Shown in pieces: positions 53,491 through 62,926 of a stretch of DNA of 64,000 bases (its first letter is position 1; every line of letters starts with the position of its first letter). The position numbers and the translations under genes were made by a program. The notes under the pieces were generated by a model. It searched no databases. It was not told the origin of the DNA and saw only the letters and a list, made by a program, of their open reading frames with translations. Source of the DNA: Minisyncoccota bacterium (GTDB lineage Bacteria; Patescibacteriota; Minisyncoccia; JAHIHE01; JAGLIN01); NCBI GenBank assembly GCA_041661265.1, contig JBAZUT010000003.1, positions 79,191-143,190 on the forward strand, in the 5' to 3' direction.

Positions 53491-54615
53491 ATGTCCAAAA
53501 CAAATATAAAAAAATCCGGAGCGATCCCTTCGCAGCTCATGAGACAGATGATATCGCGAGGCGAGATCGTGAAGGCAAAAAATGACAGCATTCAACCGGC
53601 AAGCATTGATCTATGCGTAAGCGATGAAGGATACAGAATGAAAGGGACATTCCTTCCCAAAAAGGGAGAGTCCGTGCGCGACATCATAAAAAATGAATCC
53701 CTGTATAGGATCAACCTCTCGAATCCGCTGGAAAAAAGTGGCGTCTATCTCATAAAACTGATCGAGAGCCTTGCGCTTTCTCCCGAGATCTTTGCGATAG
53801 CTTCGAGCAAGAGCTCAACCGGACGCGTTGATCTTCAGACCAGGCTGATCGTTGATGATAATTCGCGATTTGACGACGTGCCCTGCGGATACGAAGGAGA
53901 GCTATGGCTTCAGGTCATTCCGAAATCTTTTCTGATAAAATTGAACAGCGAAGATAAATTGAATCAGCTCCGGTTCTTCAATGGAGACGCAAAGCTGTCA
54001 CGCGATGAACTGCTGAAGCTTTACATATCTGAAAATCTTCTCGTCGATGATAATTTACGACCCATCGATTCAGATCAGAAACTTACTCAGAACCAAGGAT
54101 GCAATCTGACGATGTGCATCGACCTTGAAGGATCCGGGAATTCGAACATAATCGGATATAAGAATCTTCTCGTGGACCAGGTTTTGGATTTTTCAAAAAG
54201 AAACTACTATGATATGAATGATTTTTTTGAGCCCATAGCTAAACCGAGAGATGGAAAACTGATCTTGGAAAAAGGATCGTTTTATATTTTTTCAACCAAA
54301 GAGATGATCAGAGTACCGCGGAATTATTCCGCCGAAATGATCGCTTATGACATTTTTACGGGAGAATTCAGGAGCCACTATGCGGGATTTTTCGATCCCG
54401 GGTTCGGATATGGCGAAAAAGGGGAAATAAAGGGACGGCAGGCCGTGCTGGAGGTGAGATCCTTTGACAGCAATTTTATTTTTCGCGACGGACAACCGAT
54501 ATGCCAGATGAATTATGAGAACCTCGTGGAATCGCCCGATTTTGTCTATAGCGAGAAGATCGGATCTCATTATGCAAACCAGAAAGGTCCAAAACTGAGC
54601 AAACATTTCAAATAG
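53491..54615 (+). CDS. dcd: long-form 2'-deoxycytidine 5'-triphosphate deaminase family protein (PF06559-like)
   Basis: 374 aa. N-terminal IPSQLMRQMISRGEIV...PASIDLCVSDEGYRM resembles the dCTP deaminase/dUTPase fold. Sits in an operon with thyA, tmk and dut. Confidence 0.5.
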   Translation: MSKTNIKKSGAIPSQLMRQMISRGEIVKAKNDSIQPASIDLCVSDEGYRMKGTFLPKKGESVRDIIKNESLYRINLSNPLEKSGVYLIKLIESLALSPEIFAIASSKSSTGRVDLQTRLIVDDNSRFDDVPCGYEGELWLQVIPKSFLIKLNSEDKLNQLRFFNGDAKLSRDELLKLYISENLLVDDNLRPIDSDQKLTQNQGCNLTMCIDLEGSGNSNIIGYKNLLVDQVLDFSKRNYYDMNDFFEPIAKPRDGKLILEKGSFYIFSTKEMIRVPRNYSAEMIAYDIFTGEFRSHYAGFFDPGFGYGEKGEIKGRQAVLEVRSFDSNFIFRDGQPICQMNYENLVESPDFVYSEKIGSHYANQKGPKLSKHFK

Positions 54616-54668
54616 AAAGCGGGAGGATCGATTTTGTTTTTATCTGATACTATGTTAATTGATCTACT

Positions 54669-56171
54669 ATGAGCGATTTAGGCAATAGCAAGTGGCCGTT
54701 ATACAAAGACACAATGCTTATTTTTGGCAATCCCAAAAGCCAGGTTGGCATCTGCACGCTATGGACAAAAAAAGAGCTCGTTGCCGAAAAATTGGATCAA
54801 AATAAGTTTGCCGTCATGGGCAATCTTTATTCGCCGAGAAAAGGGATCAGTTTTTTATTTCGCAATCTGCTCGCAAATCCCAATATACGCCACCTGATCA
54901 TTTTGGGCCTCGACAATTCCAAAAGCGGCCAAGCGCTAGCTGATTTTTTTGATGGCGGATTTGAGAGATTCGAAGATGAGAAAACCAATACCATATATTG
55001 GAAAATAAGGAGCGGAGTCGATAACCGGATAGATTACGAAATCGACAAAGCCGCGCTGGATCTGCTGAGAGTAAATATTAATTTTATCGACTTGAGAAAA
55101 GAAAACGATCTTTCAAAAGTGCAAAGCATCATCAACAATTTAAAACAAGACCTCGAGTCTTACGCCTCAAAGCCGCTTCTTTTTCCGGATCCCGAGAAAA
55201 GCGATATAAATATGTATCCCTCCGAGCCAGCTGTCCATGTCGTTCGAGGCGCAAAAATTTCCGAAGTATGGGTTAAGATCCTTGATGAAATAATCAGATT
55301 CGGAGTAACTGACAAAACCTCATATCAAAACCGGCAGAAAGAGATCCTGGACCTTACGTCGATCATAACCGACGAGGATCCGGAAAATTTGCAAATTCCC
55401 GAATGGCTCCCGAATGACCGCGATCATCTCAGGAACTATCTGCCGACGATCCTGACCGCAAAATGCCCGGCTGGAGCTTCTTATACATATGGATCCAGAA
55501 TGCGCAGCTATTTCGGAGTTGACCAGGTCCAAAAGGCTGTGGATGAGCTCCTTCATGAAAAATACACCAGAAGGGCCGTGATCAATCTTTTGGATCCGAG
55601 AGTGGACTGCAACAGCAAAAATCCTCCTTGCCTGAACCATTGCTGGTTCCGAATTCAGAATGACAAAATATATCTTGTAGCAACGATCAGAAGCAATGAT
55701 ATGTTCGAAGCGTGGCCGGAAAATGCATTCGGCCTGCGCATGCTTCAATTTTTGGTGTACAAGTCCATTCTTGCCAAATATCCCGAAGTAAAGCTTGGGG
55801 ATCTCGTCATCCATTCCCAATCCGCTCATATATACGATGACTCTTGGGATGAAGCGAAGAATATCATCCAGAACCATTATATTGAAACAGTCAAGCATCC
55901 AAGGAATGAAATAGATCCAAGGGGGAATTTTCTCATTAAAACCGATGACGACGAGATCATTGTCGAACATTATTCGCATGACGAGCTTCTTCTTTCATCG
56001 TATAAGGGAAAAAATGCCATGTTGATCTATCTGAGGATATCCAGAGACAGAGCCATCTCCAATATCAATCATGCTATTTACCTCGGAACAGAGCTTCAGA
56101 AGGCTGAGGAATCGATAAGATTGCGGATTCAATATGAACAAGATAAAGACCTGAAGTATAAACGAAAATAA
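54669..56171 (+). CDS. thyA: thymidylate synthase (ThyA-type, divergent/archaeal-like) fused to an about 190-aa N-terminal MtrA-like domain
   Basis: C-terminal half: PPCLNHCWFRIQNDKIYLVATIRSNDMF...FGLRMLQFLVYKSI...LGDLVIHSQSAHIYDD matches the ThyA catalytic Cys / RSxD / aHiY pattern. N-terminal VGICTLWT...LANPNIRHLIILG resembles the NPNIRFLILCG block of MtrA-like proteins (from memory). Confidence 0.6.
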   Translation: MSDLGNSKWPLYKDTMLIFGNPKSQVGICTLWTKKELVAEKLDQNKFAVMGNLYSPRKGISFLFRNLLANPNIRHLIILGLDNSKSGQALADFFDGGFERFEDEKTNTIYWKIRSGVDNRIDYEIDKAALDLLRVNINFIDLRKENDLSKVQSIINNLKQDLESYASKPLLFPDPEKSDINMYPSEPAVHVVRGAKISEVWVKILDEIIRFGVTDKTSYQNRQKEILDLTSIITDEDPENLQIPEWLPNDRDHLRNYLPTILTAKCPAGASYTYGSRMRSYFGVDQVQKAVDELLHEKYTRRAVINLLDPRVDCNSKNPPCLNHCWFRIQNDKIYLVATIRSNDMFEAWPENAFGLRMLQFLVYKSILAKYPEVKLGDLVIHSQSAHIYDDSWDEAKNIIQNHYIETVKHPRNEIDPRGNFLIKTDDDEIIVEHYSHDELLLSSYKGKNAMLIYLRISRDRAISNINHAIYLGTELQKAEESIRLRIQYEQDKDLKYKRK

Positions 56172-56227
56172 ACCCATCTCCGCCGCCTGCACCGGACGCA
56201 AACAGCCACATCAATACAATGACGATT

Positions 56228-56260
56228 TGACGAAATGCCGGTGTGTGGTCTATACTGAAA
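56228..56260 (+). promoter_or_regulatory. putative promoter (TTGACG, 17 nt spacer, TATACT) upstream of tmk-dut
   Basis: Consensus-like hexamers in the 420-nt thyA-tmk intergenic region. Confidence 0.35.
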
Positions 56261-56618
56261 TCAGGAATGATTGCATGATAAAAAACGATCGAAAGCAAAT
56301 AATTCTAAATAAAAAAACCCTGGTCCGATTATAAAGAAACAAATAAAAATTAGATTTAAATCAACGATTGTGCTTTTCTATTGTGCATTATTGTTATGAA
56401 CTGAGCCTATCCATCATTTGATTTGGAAGGTTTTTATTTTATGCAAATTCAGATCTTGCCACAAGAATTATGTATGCTCGAATCAGGAATCGGTGCGATT
56501 TTAGTTCTTTTTCATTCGAGGAATATAATGCATGTTGAATTGGCGCCAACGAGGCGAGATCCTGACTTCCGAAGTTATGCGCTATCTGTTATAATTGTAC
56601 TATACAATATCAAATCAA

Positions 56619-57311
56619 ATGAAGAACTATAACCCTAAAGGCAAATTAATCGTGATTGATGGCATTGACGGAGCGGGAAAAGCCACTCAAACGAAACTTC
56701 TTCTGGAAAAACTCAAGGAGTCGGGCAAGGCCGCAGAAACCATGGACTTTCCTCGATATTATGATAATTTCTTCGGGAAACTGATCGGAAGATTCCTGAA
56801 TAATGAATTTGGAGACGCGCCGAATGTAAATCCATATCTTGCATCCGTCCTTTATGCAGCAGACAGATTCGAATCAAAGGAAAAAATATCCGCCTGGCTG
56901 AAAGACGGCAAAATAGTCATATTGGACAGATATGCTTCTTCGAATCAGATCCATCAGGGAGGAAAGATACATGATACAATTGAAAAGGAGACCTTCCTAA
57001 AATGGCTTGAAGAAATGGAATTCGAAGTGTTTAAAATACCGAAACCCGATGCGATTATCTTTCTCAATGTGCCTTACGATTATTCCAAGGACCTTTTGAA
57101 GAAAAAATCGGCACGAGATTATATAAAAAAAGCCAAAAACGACAAAGTCGAGAAAGATAAACAATATCAGACATCTTCATATATCCAATCACTGGACCTT
57201 GTAAAAAAATACAATAATTGGCTGGAAATAAATTGTGTTGAAAATAATGAATTGCTCCCGCCTGATAAAATAAGCGATCTCGTCTGGAATAAATTGAAAA
57301 ATATTATTTAA
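56619..57311 (+). CDS. tmk: thymidylate kinase
   Basis: P-loop LIVIDGIDGAGKATQ, DRYASSNQIHQ (DRY/LID region). Track ORF opens at TTG 56595; first ATG is at 56619. Confidence 0.75.
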   Translation: MKNYNPKGKLIVIDGIDGAGKATQTKLLLEKLKESGKAAETMDFPRYYDNFFGKLIGRFLNNEFGDAPNVNPYLASVLYAADRFESKEKISAWLKDGKIVILDRYASSNQIHQGGKIHDTIEKETFLKWLEEMEFEVFKIPKPDAIIFLNVPYDYSKDLLKKKSARDYIKKAKNDKVEKDKQYQTSSYIQSLDLVKKYNNWLEINCVENNELLPPDKISDLVWNKLKNII

Positions 57312-57321
57312 TACCCCGAGA

Positions 57322-57753
57322 ATGAAAACAATTGGAATTGTGAAAGTGAATGATGATGCCAGGATCCCGTCATATGCTCATGCGGAAGATGCGGGAATGG
57401 ATCTTTTTTCAAACGAAAATGACTATATGTTGAAAGCTGGAGAAAGAAAAGGCTTTTCGACCGGAATAAAAATGGAGATTCCCGATGGCTATGCAGGGCT
57501 CGTCTGGGATAAAAGCGGCCTAGCTTTCAAAAATGGCATTAAAACGATGGCTGGGGTTATTGATTCGACTTATAGGGGAGAGATAGTGATAATTATGATA
57601 AATCTCGGAGATTCCGGATATCTGGTGGAGAAAGGCTCCAAAATAGCACAAATGATAGTACAAAAAATTGAGCATTTCGAGCTTTCTGTTCAGACTTCCA
57701 TTGAAAATACATCCAGAGGAGAAAAAGGATTCGGAAGTACCGGTCTAAAATAA
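57322..57753 (+). CDS. dut: dUTP diphosphatase
   Basis: All five dUTPase motifs: AGMDL, KSGL, GVIDSTYRGE, KIAQ, RGEKGFGSTG. Confidence 0.88.
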   Translation: MKTIGIVKVNDDARIPSYAHAEDAGMDLFSNENDYMLKAGERKGFSTGIKMEIPDGYAGLVWDKSGLAFKNGIKTMAGVIDSTYRGEIVIIMINLGDSGYLVEKGSKIAQMIVQKIEHFELSVQTSIENTSRGEKGFGSTGLK

Positions 57754-57896
57754 TGTTTATTTGAATACACACAGTATTGATTTATGAACATACGTTATCC
57801 ACATGACATTGATTTTGTAGTTTTTTGATATTGTGTTATAATTATATTTAGTTTGCGACGAGCTGTCTTTCTAATGATACTAATAAAATAAAAAAC

Positions 57897-59129
57897 ATGA
57901 AGGTTCTCATGTTTGGATGGGAATTTCCTCCGTTCAACAGCGGAGGATTGGGAACCGCTTGCTATGGAATAACAAAGGCGCTGTCCGGTAAAGGCGTTCA
58001 AGTAAATTTTGTAATGCCCCGGACTGTCAATGTTAAAGAAGACTTTCTGAACCTGATTTCCACCAATCTACCAAAAATAAAAATAAAAGAAATAGATTCT
58101 CTTCTTGTTTCTTATATAACGTCTCAGAACTACAGGAGAAGGTTTTTGGAGTTGGATAAAGACGTTAGAACGTTCTATTGCAGCAATCTTATCGAAGAAG
58201 TTTACAGATATGCGGTTGCGGCGGAAGGCATCGCAAGAGATGTGCGGCATGACATAATCCATTCTCACGATTGGATGACGTTCCCGGCCGGCATAGCGGC
58301 AAAGAGAATCTCGGGAAAACCTCTTGTTGTGCATGTGCATTCCACGGAATTCGACAGGTCTGCCGGACATGGTGTAAATCCCGAAGTTTATAAGATCGAG
58401 AGAGAGGGGATCGAGAAGGCCGATCGGGTGATAGCAGTCAGCAGGTACACAAAAGACAAGATCATGCGAAATTATAATATTGACGGAAGCAAGATCGACG
58501 TTGTATATAATGCGATTTATAAAAATGAATTCTCTTCCCAATCCGATTGCAAGAGCCAGTTCAATTTTATGGGAAAAAAGATCGTGCTTTTCCTCGGAAG
58601 ACTTACATTGCACAAAGGACCCGACTATTTCCTTTCTGCCGCAAAGAAAGTATTGGACAGAAATAATAATGTAATTTTCGTGATCGCTGGATCCGGGGAC
58701 ATGGAACACCAGGTGATCGAACAAGCTTCCGAAATGGGAATTGCCGATAAGGTTCTGTTTACGGGATTTCTCAGGGATGCTCAGCTCCGGAAGATCTATA
58801 AGATGGCGAATTTATATGTGATGCCGTCCGTTTCCGAGCCATTCGGGATCACCCCGCTTGAAGCGATCGCCAGCGGAACTCCGGTGATCGTTTCGAAACA
58901 ATCCGGCGTGAGCGAGGTGCTTGATCATTGCCTGAAAGTCGATTTCTGGGACGTGAATGAAATGGCCAACAAAATCATATCCGTATTGGAAAACCAGGAG
59001 CTTGAGGATTGCCTGTGCGGCAACAGCTTCAAAGAGATCGATAAATTGAGATGGGAATTTTCAGCAGACAGAATAATTGATATCTATAACAGCTTAACAA
59101 GAGCAAACGCCATACATCATGGCCAATAA
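57897..59129 (+). CDS. GT4-family glycosyltransferase (putative alpha-glucan/glycogen synthase)
   Basis: MKVLMFGWEFPPFNSGGLGTACYG N-terminus. C-terminal EPFGITPLEAIASGTPVI. Adjacent to a GH57 gene. Confidence 0.65.
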   Translation: MKVLMFGWEFPPFNSGGLGTACYGITKALSGKGVQVNFVMPRTVNVKEDFLNLISTNLPKIKIKEIDSLLVSYITSQNYRRRFLELDKDVRTFYCSNLIEEVYRYAVAAEGIARDVRHDIIHSHDWMTFPAGIAAKRISGKPLVVHVHSTEFDRSAGHGVNPEVYKIEREGIEKADRVIAVSRYTKDKIMRNYNIDGSKIDVVYNAIYKNEFSSQSDCKSQFNFMGKKIVLFLGRLTLHKGPDYFLSAAKKVLDRNNNVIFVIAGSGDMEHQVIEQASEMGIADKVLFTGFLRDAQLRKIYKMANLYVMPSVSEPFGITPLEAIASGTPVIVSKQSGVSEVLDHCLKVDFWDVNEMANKIISVLENQELEDCLCGNSFKEIDKLRWEFSADRIIDIYNSLTRANAIHHGQ

Positions 59130-59140
59130 AAACTAAAACC

Positions 59141-60346
59141 ATGCCTTCAGTGTGTTTTTATTTTCAAGTTCATCAGCCTTTCAGAATAAAAAGATATTCC
59201 GTTTTTGACATTGGGTCCGATCATAATTATTTCGACGACACTAATTTGAATGAAAAAGGAACAAGAGCGGTCATCGATAAGGTATCAAAAAAGTGCTATC
59301 TCCCCACAAATGAGATCCTATATGATTTGATCAGAAGAAATCCGGAATTTAAAATAAGCTATTCATTTTCAGGAACAGCAATTGAGCAGATGGAAATGTT
59401 TGCGCCCGAAGTATTGGAATCATTTGTGAAACTCGCAAAAACGGGAAATGTTGAGATCCTTGATGAAACATATTATCACTCACTATCATTTTTCTATTCT
59501 GACGAAGAGTTCATCAGGCAAGTCGAACTTCACAGGAGCAAAATAAAGGAAGTATTCGGACTCGAACCGAAAGTATTCCGTAACACTGAACTTGCCTACA
59601 ACAATGAGCTGGCCGCCTTGATTGAAAGTATGGGATATAAAGGGATAATTGCCGAGGGATGGGATTATTATTTGGGGCATAGATCGCCGAACTTTCTGTA
59701 TAAACCCAAAGGCACGCGAAAGATCAAACTTCTGCTTAAAAATTATAAGCTTTCAGACGACATTGCATTTAGATTTTCAAATAAAGGCTGGGCGGAATAT
59801 CCGCTCTATGCACCGAAATTCTGCCAGTGGGTGAATTCGATAAACGGCAACGGAAATACGGTGAACCTATTCATGGATTATGAAACATTTGGAGAGCACC
59901 AGTGGGAGGACAGCGGAATATTCAATTTCCTCAGAGCGCTCCCAAGCGAGCTCCTGAAGCATCCGGATAACAACTTCAAAACGCCTTCGGAGCTGGTCGA
60001 TTCATACAGCACCATGGATGAAGTGGATGTACATGGCATATTGACATGGGCGGACACTGAGAGAGATCTTTCCGCCTGGACGGGAAATTCAATGCAGAAA
60101 TCAGCACTCAGAAAGATCTATGAAATCGAAGAAGATGTGATCAATGCCAATGACAAGAAGCTTCTCGATGACTGGAGGAAAATGCAGACCAGCGATCATT
60201 TCTATTACATGTGCACAAAATGGTTCTCGGATGGAGACGTTCACAAGTATTTCAGTCCATACGAATCGCCATATGAAGCATTTATAAGCTATATGAACGT
60301 ATTGAACGACTTCAAAATTCGATTATTGGAATTTAAAAATAATTAA
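59141..60346 (+). CDS. glycoside hydrolase family 57 (alpha-glucan-active)
   Basis: N-terminal FYFQVHQPFR signature of GH57. 401 aa. Confidence 0.65.
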   Translation: MPSVCFYFQVHQPFRIKRYSVFDIGSDHNYFDDTNLNEKGTRAVIDKVSKKCYLPTNEILYDLIRRNPEFKISYSFSGTAIEQMEMFAPEVLESFVKLAKTGNVEILDETYYHSLSFFYSDEEFIRQVELHRSKIKEVFGLEPKVFRNTELAYNNELAALIESMGYKGIIAEGWDYYLGHRSPNFLYKPKGTRKIKLLLKNYKLSDDIAFRFSNKGWAEYPLYAPKFCQWVNSINGNGNTVNLFMDYETFGEHQWEDSGIFNFLRALPSELLKHPDNNFKTPSELVDSYSTMDEVDVHGILTWADTERDLSAWTGNSMQKSALRKIYEIEEDVINANDKKLLDDWRKMQTSDHFYYMCTKWFSDGDVHKYFSPYESPYEAFISYMNVLNDFKIRLLEFKNN

Positions 60347-60366
60347 GTAATAATAAAAAAAACAAT

Positions 60367-60654
60367 ATGGCAAGAAAAACACAAAAACCGGATCTCGTTA
60401 CAGTCGATGGGGATCTGTGCTTCTGGATCAACAACGGCCCGGCCCTGAGAAACATGAAGGATCTCTCGGATGCGCTCAAGAACATCAGCGAGGAATCATA
60501 TGCCTATCATGTGAATTCCGAAAAAAATGACTTCGCGAACTGGGCATTGAATGCGCTTCAGGATGAGACGCTTTCATTAAAGCTATCTAAATCAAAAAAC
60601 GTAAAAGCAGCCATCAAGGCGGTGGATGACAGATTGAAAAAATACAACGTATAG
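60367..60654 (+). CDS. hypothetical small protein
   Basis: 95 aa with good RBS context. No recognised family. Confidence 0.35.
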   Translation: MARKTQKPDLVTVDGDLCFWINNGPALRNMKDLSDALKNISEESYAYHVNSEKNDFANWALNALQDETLSLKLSKSKNVKAAIKAVDDRLKKYNV

Positions 60655-60713
60655 TCAATTCATCATTGCCTGTACGAGAATATTGTATAACTTTCTATCA
60701 TTAACATAGAACT

Positions 60714-61094
60714 ATGTCAAAAAAGATAGCTATTATTGAAGATGACATCGAGATAAGTGATATGTACAAGATCAAACTGGAGCTCGGCGGGTATGTGATT
60801 GTCAGTGCAGAAAATGGCACCGATGGATTGAAGTTGATAAAGTCAGAAAAGCCTGACCTGGTTTTGCTTGATCTTCTGCTTCCAGAGAAGGATGGCTATG
60901 AGGTGATGGAAGAACTGAAAAAATCCAATGATCCATACATAAAATCACTGCCTATTGTGGTCATTTCAAACCTATCGAACGAAGACGACATCCTTGAAGC
61001 CAAAAATCTGGGCGCTACGGATTTTCTCGTAAAAGCAAAGATCAATCCGGCAAGTGTTTTGGAAAAAGTGAATCTGGTGCTTCAAGCTAAATAA
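60714..61094 (+). CDS. stand-alone response-regulator receiver (CheY-like REC) domain
   Basis: IAIIEDD...DLVLLDLLLPEKDGYEV...TDFLVKA. 126 aa, no output domain. Confidence 0.8.
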   Translation: MSKKIAIIEDDIEISDMYKIKLELGGYVIVSAENGTDGLKLIKSEKPDLVLLDLLLPEKDGYEVMEELKKSNDPYIKSLPIVVISNLSNEDDILEAKNLGATDFLVKAKINPASVLEKVNLVLQAK

Positions 61095-61240
61095 TTTTGT
61101 TAGAAAAAAAGGATCGAAGAAGTAAGCTTCTACGGCAATGTGTATATAACACAATAAAATGAAGCTTCTTGTTTTATATAAAAAAATAACACTGAATAAT
61201 AAGGATGAAGCAAGAGCAAGAGCTTGTCATCACCAAACAG

Positions 61241-61272
61241 AAACAGAACATTGTTCTGATGTTTTTTGTTGT
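61241..61272 (+). terminator. rho-independent terminator (CAGAAC/GTTCTG stem + T-run)
   Basis: CAGAACATTGTTCTGATGTTTTTTGTTGTTTTG in the 470-nt intergenic region after the REC gene. Confidence 0.45.
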
Positions 61273-61572
61273 TTTGCATCTATGTATTCATAAAGGCATA
61301 GGGACATCGACCAGGTTACTTTGCCTTATTTTCTGAGACTCCTCAGGAAACCTCCTCGCCTTCTCTAAATTCAGAAAAGGTTTGTTTATGATCTGTAATA
61401 ATTCCTATTACCGATACAAGAAAAAATTGAGATATGGATTTAAACCAGATAATATATTTTTAGGAATATTAAAGAAGAAACATATCGATTGCTTTTGTTA
61501 AATTACATAATTATGCTATAATAAATTAGATTATCGAAACAAACTAGATAATGTCGTTTTGTAATGTAAACA

Positions 61573-62907
61573 ATGCCACACATAAAAATCGAAAATGCAT
61601 GCGTCATATATAATGAAGGATCCGATAATCAGGTCAATGCTTTGATGGATGTAAATTTTGAGATCAAGCCTCAGGAATATGTCATAATATTCGGACCTTC
61701 AGGTTGTGGAAAATCCACATTATTGAACCTGATCGCGGGACTTGAAAAACCAACAAGAGGCAAGGTTATTATCAACGAACAGGACATAAGTCAGATGGAT
61801 GCCAATGAATTCGCAAGATTCCACTGTACTTCGATCGGAATGGTATTCCAGGCGTATAACCTTCTATCAAGCTTGAGCGTGATCGACAATATACTTCTTC
61901 CGCAAATATTCCTAGGTAACGCCAACAGAAAAGAAAGAAGAGAGAAAGCGGTCAAGCTTTTGGAAAAATTCGGCATAACGTCGCAAGCCAACAGGATACC
62001 AACCGAACTATCCGGAGGCCAGCAACAGAGGATTGGAATAGCAAGAGCCCTTATCAATGATCAGCCGATATTGCTTGCCGATGAACCAATCGGAAACCTT
62101 GACTCCAAGTCTGCGCAAAACGTTCTGAAGATCTTTGACGACCTGAACAAGATCGACAAAAAGACTTTTATAATGGTCACCCACAATCCCGAAAATCTGG
62201 AATATGCCGACAGAGTTTTTTATATGAAAGACGGACGCATCGAGCATGAGGTTGTGAACAAGAAAAAAAATAAAAAGAATACAGAGAAAGGCGGCGCGAA
62301 GGAAAGGGAATTCGAACTTTTGATGAGATCGTTTCCCGGACTTTCGGAAGCTCAGCTTCATATGCTTATGATCCCGTTCAAAGCGAAAATACTTTCCGAA
62401 TATCTGCTGACAAAAACCAACGTAGATCAGAATCAGAGGCTCGAAGAATTTATCAGAAACAGAATAATTGGAAAATTCAAAAGAGAAGAATTGAGATTAA
62501 TGCTCGACAGATCGATCGAAGACGGAGGCGTGGGGCTTGACGAAAGAACGGCTACGGATTTTTCACACGGAGTTGAAAAAGTGCTGGACAACGCAGAGAT
62601 CATTCAAAGCGATCTCAGCGGCATTTCATCCAAGCTCGGATATAAAGACTCCAGACTTAAAGCAAAACTTTTTGTCCGATATTTCAAAAGAGCATTTCTC
62701 GACAACACCACGCGGGAACAGATCAATCGGCTCGAAGATCTTTTGGAAAAACGATTGCTGAATGAAATAGGACATGAATTATTCGCCGAAAAGCTTGACT
62801 TGCCGTTCAAGGAGGGCGGAGTGGGACTGGACAAGAGAGTAGTCAGGAAGCTCATCAAGGAGTTTGAGATAACATTGCTTGTGAAATTCGGCATAAAAAA
62901 AGAATAA
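61573..62907 (+). CDS. ABC transporter ATP-binding protein (MacB/LolD/FtsE-like) with about 220-aa C-terminal repeat-containing extension
   Basis: Walker A GPSGCGKST, signature LSGGQQQRIGIARAL, Walker B ILLADEPIGNLD. C-terminal half carries two related segments ending IEDGGVGLDERT and KEGGVGLDKRV. Confidence 0.8.
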   Translation: MPHIKIENACVIYNEGSDNQVNALMDVNFEIKPQEYVIIFGPSGCGKSTLLNLIAGLEKPTRGKVIINEQDISQMDANEFARFHCTSIGMVFQAYNLLSSLSVIDNILLPQIFLGNANRKERREKAVKLLEKFGITSQANRIPTELSGGQQQRIGIARALINDQPILLADEPIGNLDSKSAQNVLKIFDDLNKIDKKTFIMVTHNPENLEYADRVFYMKDGRIEHEVVNKKKNKKNTEKGGAKEREFELLMRSFPGLSEAQLHMLMIPFKAKILSEYLLTKTNVDQNQRLEEFIRNRIIGKFKREELRLMLDRSIEDGGVGLDERTATDFSHGVEKVLDNAEIIQSDLSGISSKLGYKDSRLKAKLFVRYFKRAFLDNTTREQINRLEDLLEKRLLNEIGHELFAEKLDLPFKEGGVGLDKRVVRKLIKEFEITLLVKFGIKKE

Positions 62908-62926
62908 CCTTTAATGTGATATAAAA

